A stretch of DNA of 63,729 nucleotides, filler included, from Octopus bimaculoides (Eukaryota): NCBI RefSeq assembly GCF_001194135.2. It is 6 parts of 6 records of this genome, joined end to end, with 100 filler letters (N's around TTAATTAATTAA, not from the genome) between each part and the next. Parts side by side here need not be neighbours in the genome. Positions count along the whole stretch, not along the records: positions 42,268 to 62,168 come from NC_068982.1; positions 62,269 to 63,729 come from NC_069009.1; 4 more parts are not named here. One strand, written 5' to 3'. Both the position numbers and the translations under genes were made by a program. Shown here piece after piece: positions 56,315-63,729 of the stretch (the first letter of the stretch is position 1; the number at the start of each line of letters is the position of its first letter). The notes under the pieces were generated by a model. That model searched no databases. It saw only the letters and a list, made by a program, of their open reading frames with translations, and was not told the DNA's origin.

Positions 56315-57548
56315 GTTGTGAGATATTGGTTGTGACGCGTGGTGGTAGTGGTGGTGATGGTGAAGTGAGTTCTGTGGTGATAATATTATCGACGAAGAGG
56401 TTTTATGTCTAAAGTAATGATGCTCGTAATAGCGAAGGAAGAGATGTCAGTAACACATTATGTGTAATGGTGGTGGTGGTGGTGGTGGTAGTAATATTTA
56501 GAGTTGGGGGCTTGTTGTTGTTGTTGTTGTTGCGCAGCCCAGGTCAGCCATGATCAAACGAATATATGGTACTTAAGTAGTCGGCTGTTGCTATTGCTGT
56601 TGTTATTTAGCGCCGAGTTAGCCTTTTTCAAGCAGGTCTAAGATCAAAGTCATTCTAGCTGTGACCAACCTGTTTTTCCTATGCACAGAAAATCCAAAAT
56701 CCTATTATCCAACATGTTCTTTTTTCTAAGATGGACGGGTGTGATTCGAAGATTTAACAGCTATTTCTAACAAGTTGAGCAAGCATGTAGGAGTTCCTAT
56801 TAAACAATCGTGATTCACATATCTTTTGGTCCAAATATCCCATGCACACCATACACTCAGACATGAAGTGGTTTATCATACGGAGTGCAGCATAGCAACC
56901 GTGTATATTGTTTTCTAACCACTGTTCATTCTAGTTTTGCATGGCAATGGGTGTTGCAAGATGGGCTTAGTCGGAGCAATAGAGTTATTGTTCTTTTGCA
57001 TTTAACCCTTGCTAGTGTGCACTCTCAGCTTTGATCAAGGGGGCCTATGATCAAAAACTTCTTGCAGCCATTTTTTTTACAGATGCTATATTTCAGGTGA
57101 CATTATCGAATGCGTCCACTCATTAATAAACTCTTAGGAAGATTTGGCTGCTATGAACTGCTTTGGTAGGTAGTGTTCAGACGATCTGGTTGAACCAGAG
57201 ACTTAGATAGCAAAGTAAAAGACGATCTGGTTGGACCAGAGACTTAAATAGCAAAGTAAATTTTAGGCTTAGAAGTTAGAAGAACGGCAACGGTATTTGG
57301 AAGATCAGTGTGTGGTTCATGTATGTGGATAGGAGATTATTCTTATCACTGAAACCAGGGGATAAGGTTAACCCACAAATTAAATTTATCAGAACAAGCT
57401 ATATGAACATTGTTTATAATTTAACGAGAAATCTTAATGAGAACTATTTAGTTATCAAGGGAATTCTATGCTTGCAACGACATTCGCATCGGTAACCTTT
57501 CTCTACATCATACACAATCATATCCACATGAGATTTCCCTAGATTATC

Positions 57549-57583
<35 letters not shown>

Positions 57584-60500
57584 NNNNNNNNNNNNNNNNN
57601 NNNNNNNTTCTTCGTTAATATAGGATGTTGTGAGGTGGAGAAACCAAGTCGAAATACTGACACCAATAAATAAAACATTCCATTAACAACTTTTGTAATC
57701 CAATCATTACAAATTCTTTATCCTTACAGCGTTTGTTGTTTTTCACTTTCGTATTTTGTCTTTTTAAAATTTTACTTGCGTTTCTTTACCTTTTTTAGTT
57801 GAAATTATTGTTGTTTGCTGTTGTTTCTTACACTACTGCCATCCTGCCACCCCCTCGTTTACGATAGCTGATATGGCGATCCGCACCTAGCGCCACCTAC
57901 ACAGCATGGTAAGTGTAATATCCCATCCGTTAACCACTCAAGCTACGTGGAGGCCCTAGAAAGTCAAACAATGTGACAATGAGACTTTCTAACTTATTAA
58001 TCACATTTTTATCATAACAACTATCAGCCTTCTCAGTTTCATTTTGTATCCTGTGGCTTTTGTTTGTATTCAACAAGTCTCGCCTAAAAATATTAGATAT
58101 ATTTCTCCAGTTTCTCGACACGGTATATTTTTGTTTTGTTTTACACATACGTAGTTTTCATATTGACAATGTTATTGCAACAGCTGTTTTTGTTGTTATC
58201 GTTGTTATTGCACAGTTTGAACACAACAAATTATGTGATTGTTCACCTGTCTTAATGTCAATAGAATAAAATATACCTGCTAACTTCAACAGACATGCTG
58301 TCTCACGAAATGATAAGAAATAAAGACAAAATTACACATCCCGCTATTTGGTAAGAATATCACTGTTAATTTACAGACATCAGAGACTTACCATTTTTAT
58401 AGATGTATACATACTTAGGAAGTGGATATAAATAATTGCTGACAACTAAAATAAGAAAGAAAGAATTAATCATGTATTGTTTGGTACATAAACGTGGTGA
58501 ATGCAAATAATGTATCAATGCCAGATTCACAGATAAAATATTTCAGATTCGCATTTCATTATTTCTTCTATCTGGCATATTCGTGGACGGCGCTGATTCA
58601 TTATTTTCTTACTTACATAGCAGCAACAAAACTAAAGAATATAGAACTCACTGGTTATGAAATAATGGGCCAATCTAACACTAACGAATTGGTTGGTTGA
58701 TTTAGTATATTTTGGAAATTCATCAACGTTATAACTATTGATTCTATATCAGCTGAAGTCAACAAGTCTAATCACCGGTAGTTGATGATCGCTGAATACA
58801 ATATCCTACCATGTTTTCAAGTCAAAGAAAAGAAACAGCTCTTCTTCTAATACATTTTCCCTGGAGTTGCTACTTTTCAAGGGACCTATTATAATGAAAT
58901 TGCTCACTACAATGAGGTTGGCAGGTGCCTGCTGTAGATGAACTACCTGTTATAATGAGGTTAACGAGGACCTATGTAGATATCATATATGTTCTCCCTA
59001 CTTTAGGAATGTGTGTGCGCGCGGTTGATGTCTGAATGTGTAACGTGTATGTGTGGTCGAATATACGTGTATGTTGACGCTTGCTCATCTGTATGTGAGA
59101 CAGCGTGCATGTATATGCATGGCTAAGTTCATGTATATATTTGAATGTGTGTGTGTGTGTGTGTGTATTAATATTTAGTTGTCTGTATGTGTGACATTGT
59201 GTACGTGTATGTGTGGTTGAGCATATGTAAGTACCTACAAGAATGCGTCTCTGTTTCACATATTACCTTAATTTCAGCAACATCTATCATTGAAGCAAAG
59301 AACACCTTGCAACATATACAAGTGTATAATTAGGAAATCGTAATCTATTGTGAAGAGCCAAGAACCTGTGACTATCTTATCTCTTTGTTTAAGGACAGAT
59401 GAGGGCTATGTACTTAGAAGCTACCGACTAGACCTTTCTCACTAATCACTCTGCTTTGTCTTGTCTTCTCCAGGCAGTTCATTGATAAGATGAAGAGAAA
59501 CAGACCGACCGTATGACAAACATGTAATTGAGTGTGAGAGGGGGAGGAGAGGGAAGGAAGAAGACGAAAGAGAGAGAGAGGGAGAGAGGTGTGAGGAACA
59601 AATAGAAAGGAAAGTCTAAAGAAAACAAGAAATATTGGAGTAAAGAAAAAACTAAATGAATAAAAACGAAAGACGAAAACAATCTGAATAAAAGACGGAA
59701 ATTATTGTCAAGAAGAGAAAGAAAAAGAAGGAAAAACAGTAAATTAAAGAAGAACAGAAAAGGAAAAACCGACAGAAGAGAAAATGGTGATTTCTTACAT
59801 AGAAATGAAGCCATTTCGCGAAGATGAGGGTTATTTGTAGTCGATACAATTGCGAAAACCTATATTACCGGTACATTTTATCGTGGAAGGGATATGAAGT
59901 TGAAATTAATAGAAATAGATCCAGCTTCTGGACAGAAGTACATACATACATACATACATACATACATACATACATGCATACAAATGCTGTAATAAAATAA
60001 TGACTTCTGAAATAGGTATAATGCACTGCATTTCTGGAAGGGAATCACTGTCAATAGTACATGAGAGATACTTATTTTACAGATCATGGAAAGACGAAAT
60101 GCAGTATTTGAACCCAGAAGGGAAAGTCCATTGCAACAAATACAGTCATTTTTTTATAAGTTCTCTCGGCCTGAATATAATTTAATTTTGATGTTTTTAT
60201 TGTTTTGTGACAGAAATCTGATTTAACCCGAAGATTTGAGCCCTTGCTTGTAAATAAACGGCTTTTTAACCACATTGGTTATTTTGTTTCAATACATTTT
60301 GGCAAAGGGGGTAAATTAACTGCAGATTTAGCCTTTCACTGCATTTAATTCCCACCCTTGGGTATCTTTAGTCACCAAAATGGAGATAATTGATATTTCC
60401 AAGTGGTTCGCTTGAAAATTATGGTGATCTTTCCACATGAAACCGTTGGTTGCCTTGTTAACCCACAAATAAAGAATATTTATCCACCAAATGCGGTGTG

Positions 60501-60812
60501 GAGGACACGAACTCATTGTTCGATTCAAGAGTGTACATACATACATACATACATTTGGGGTCCCGGACAGAGAGTGCAAATTCTTAATTCATATGCTACA
60601 AATGATCACGGTATCTGGGATTATAAAAATCTGAAAGACCTTCTTAAGATTTAAAGTAAGATTGTCAAAACAAGACACTTTCTTTCACAACCTAACTACC
60701 AAGCAGGTGGCTGGTCGAAATTTACTCTAAAATTAAAAAAAGAAATTGAACATATATACACATGTGAATAAATTTTTATATGTGTATACATACATACATA
60801 ATACATGCATAC

Positions 60813-60843
<31 letters not shown>

Positions 60844-60856
60844 TGTATGAATGTGT

Positions 60857-60973
<117 letters not shown>

Positions 60974-61229
60974 NNNNNNNNNNNNNNNNNNNNNNNNNNN
61001 NNNNNNNNNNNNNNNNNNNNNNNNNNNNNNNNNNNNNNNNNNNNNNNNNNNNNNNNNNNNNNNNNNNNNNNNNNNNNNNNNNNNNNNNNNNNNNNNNNNN
61101 NNNNNNNNNNNNNNNNNNNNNNNNNNNNNNNNNNNNNNNNNNNNNNNNNNNNNNNNNNNNNNNNNNNNNNNNNNNNNNNNNNNNNNNNNNNNNNNNNNNN
61201 NNNNNNNNNNNNNNNNNNNNNNNNNNNNN

Positions 61230-61313
<84 letters not shown>

Positions 61314-61875
61314 GTATATATAAAACATATGTGTGTGTATGCGTGTGTGTGTGTATTATGTATAAATAATATATAATGTTCTCTTTTATTTTAGGATGGC
61401 AGGATGATATTTCACGGATAATTTAGCTATTATTTCGATCGCCCTTAACCATAATAATATATCAATCATACTTGTCAACGCCAAATGGGCACTTTTGAAT
61501 TTCGTAATGTTCATTCGTGACTACAAGAGAGAAATAATAAATGGCCACGAAGGTACGTATAAATGTACAGTGGGGGCCTATTCATTTAATGTTTTCAATG
61601 GTGTTTGAGGTTGAATCACGCCTGTAAATTATCGCTTTTTAATACAATGTAATGTGAATAAGGAAAATAATACAATGTATCAGATAACTTGACTTAAATC
61701 AAGATATATTTAGATATGAGAAACAATATCTATTGTATGTGCGTGTGTTTGTGTGCTTATGTGTGTATATACATACATGCATATATGTATATATGTATGT
61801 GCGTATGTATATTATATAATTATATATATCAATCAATCGATCAATCAATCAATCAATCACTCAATCAATCAATCA

Positions 61876-61943
<68 letters not shown>

Positions 61944-62714
61944 CTATGGACAAACGGTAGACGTGTCGGCTCCGTAAGTTTTGCCTTTTTCATGTTTTAA
62001 AAAGTTTGTTTGTAAAGTTTATTTTATATAGAAAGTTGTATAACAACTTATAGACTCTCTGGAGCAAGTTTTTTGCAACGGAAATCTGCCCTGTGTGGCA
62101 CATTTCCAGGATTTAAAAATCAATTTCGGCTTTCTAGCCATTTTTTTTGAGACGATGGCGTCTTGTAGNNNNNNNNNNNNNNNNNNNNNNNNNNNNNNNN
62201 NNNNNNNNNNNNTTAATTAATTAANNNNNNNNNNNNNNNNNNNNNNNNNNNNNNNNNNNNNNNNNNNNGGATGCCTCGATTACTATTTCTAATCCCTGCT
62301 CTGCCAGTTTTGCAGGTGAAATTTTGTTGCATGTAGGATTGTGACCTTGTATTCTAATCCGAATATTAGAGCTACCATAAGCCATGAAACATCAACTTCT
62401 GGTGATACTTCTACATTTGTCTTGGAAGTACGTCCTCCAAGATATTTTGCAGGAGAACCTCCTTGTAGGCAATATCAAACTTTTTGGTTTTTATCCAAAA
62501 AGTTTCATATATCACAGTTTTCTGTGTGATGTGGATGACTTCCCCGGGCGGGCTAAATTTTAGTACTAGTCTCACCATGAGTAAGTCCTAGGATCGATGT
62601 TTTCCAATATACACGGTGCTCCAGGATGACCGAGGTAAAATTGCTGAAGTACTAAATGAACAAATGAATGTGCATATATGTTACATATACATAAACATAT
62701 ATATTTGTTTTTTG

Positions 62715-62749
<35 letters not shown>

Positions 62750-63012
62750 CTGTATCTGTCTGGCGATCTATCTACCTACATATCCAGCTATATATTGATA
62801 GATAAATTGATAGAGGGATAGAATGATAGATAGATAGACGTCCCCTGTTTCGGTTTAGTCTTCTTTATCTTTTCCATATTTCTCCCTATCTACTAGTCTT
62901 TAATTTTCTTCGTTTTCTCATCCTCCTCTTTTATTATAGTTTTTTTTTTACTTTCTATATCAGCGTCCTTCTCCTCATCATATTCACAATGATTAACTGC
63001 AGCCTCAATTAT

Positions 63013-63054
<42 letters not shown>

Positions 63055-63399
63055 TGTCGTTGTAGTTAACATCATCATCACCGTGATGAGCATCATCGTC
63101 ATCTTCACCATCATTATCATCCTTATCACTCATAAACCAGAGCTTCATTGCGAGCAGACGGAAACACTTCACCACCACTAAATCTGTCTACACCTATGCA
63201 ATCATCATAATCATTATCGCCTTCATCATCACTTAACATTATTACATCACTCATCATTATTTTCATCACATTCTTAACTCATCATTTTCATAGTCATATT
63301 CACTTAATTCTTTCATTTATATTTATATTACTTCTATTACTGCATCTAATTTGTTGGACGTAATATTTGAAATTATGACAAATCTCTTCTGTTTTTCAG

Positions 63400-63471
63400 A
63401 TATCTAAACAATAATAAAATCGCCAGAATCGAAAATGGGTGGTTTGTAAATCTTCCCGTCTTAAGATATTT
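63400..63471 (+). CDS. Leucine-rich-repeat exon (72 nt, phase 2/2), YLNNNKIARIENGWFVNLPVLRY(L); probably an extracellular LRR protein such as an LGR/RXFP/GRL101-type receptor or other 'typical' LRR protein
   Basis: ctcttctgtttttcAG|ATATCTAAAC...AGATATTT|GTAAGT. The peptide fits xLxxNxIxxIxxxxFxxLxxLxxL, and 72-nt phase-2 exons encoding one repeat each are characteristic of such genes. Confidence 0.85.
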
Positions 63472-63729
63472 GTAAGTTGGACCAGTTTTGTTGATACTAT
63501 TTCCTTGACTGTATATTTCCACATACTTAGTATCTTTCCATCCTTCTTTCTTAACATTCATTTGCCGCTCTGTATATATGTGAATGTGTACATGTGTGTG
63601 ACAATGTGCTTGATCATATGTCTTTGGATTCTACATCATCGCTGTTTGGTATTTTGTGTAAAGTGTGTGTATGGGCATGTGTATATGTGTGCATGAAATA
63701 TGAAGAAAAATATATAGTCCTTTAATGTT

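Noticed and set aside
59390-59440. Hammerhead-like cagatgagggct...agaagctac
   Set aside because: Both halves of the catalytic core are mutated and no stems can be shown.

Overview
Eukaryotic draft-assembly window, AT-rich and microsatellite-dense, with many N gaps. The SINE families and repeat landscape look like a coleoid cephalopod, probably Octopus (inference; no database search was run). Almost all ORFs in the supplied track are microsatellite, gap or transposon artefacts. Real host coding sequence is tiny and spliced, so the ORF track misses it. (1) Four minus-strand mini-exons (10443-10408, 9697-9656, 8104-8086, 5803-5757) splice in frame to GNVGKEGPPGPPGEIILDGTNNTLVKGQKGDKGSSIDLDSIKGLKGTK, an interrupted-helix collagen. 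(2) A plus-strand 72-nt phase-2/2 leucine-rich-repeat exon lies at 63400-63471. The rest is intronic or intergenic and holds at least three tRNA-like SINE families, restriction-endonuclease-type (R4/Dong-like) LINE fragments, an RTE LINE fragment, a Penelope-like GIY-YIG fragment, a Helitron 3' part, a decayed mariner, a mariner MITE and a Tigger/pogo remnant. The most interesting observations are: a LINE family whose copies repeatedly abut (TACA)n microsatellites; a degenerate minimal hammerhead ribozyme; a frame-coupled 19+47-nt collagen microexon pair; an LRR-like candidate exon with an in-frame TGA; and several inverted-repeat pairs that could form dsRNA. No prokaryote-type systems (CRISPR, operons) are present.
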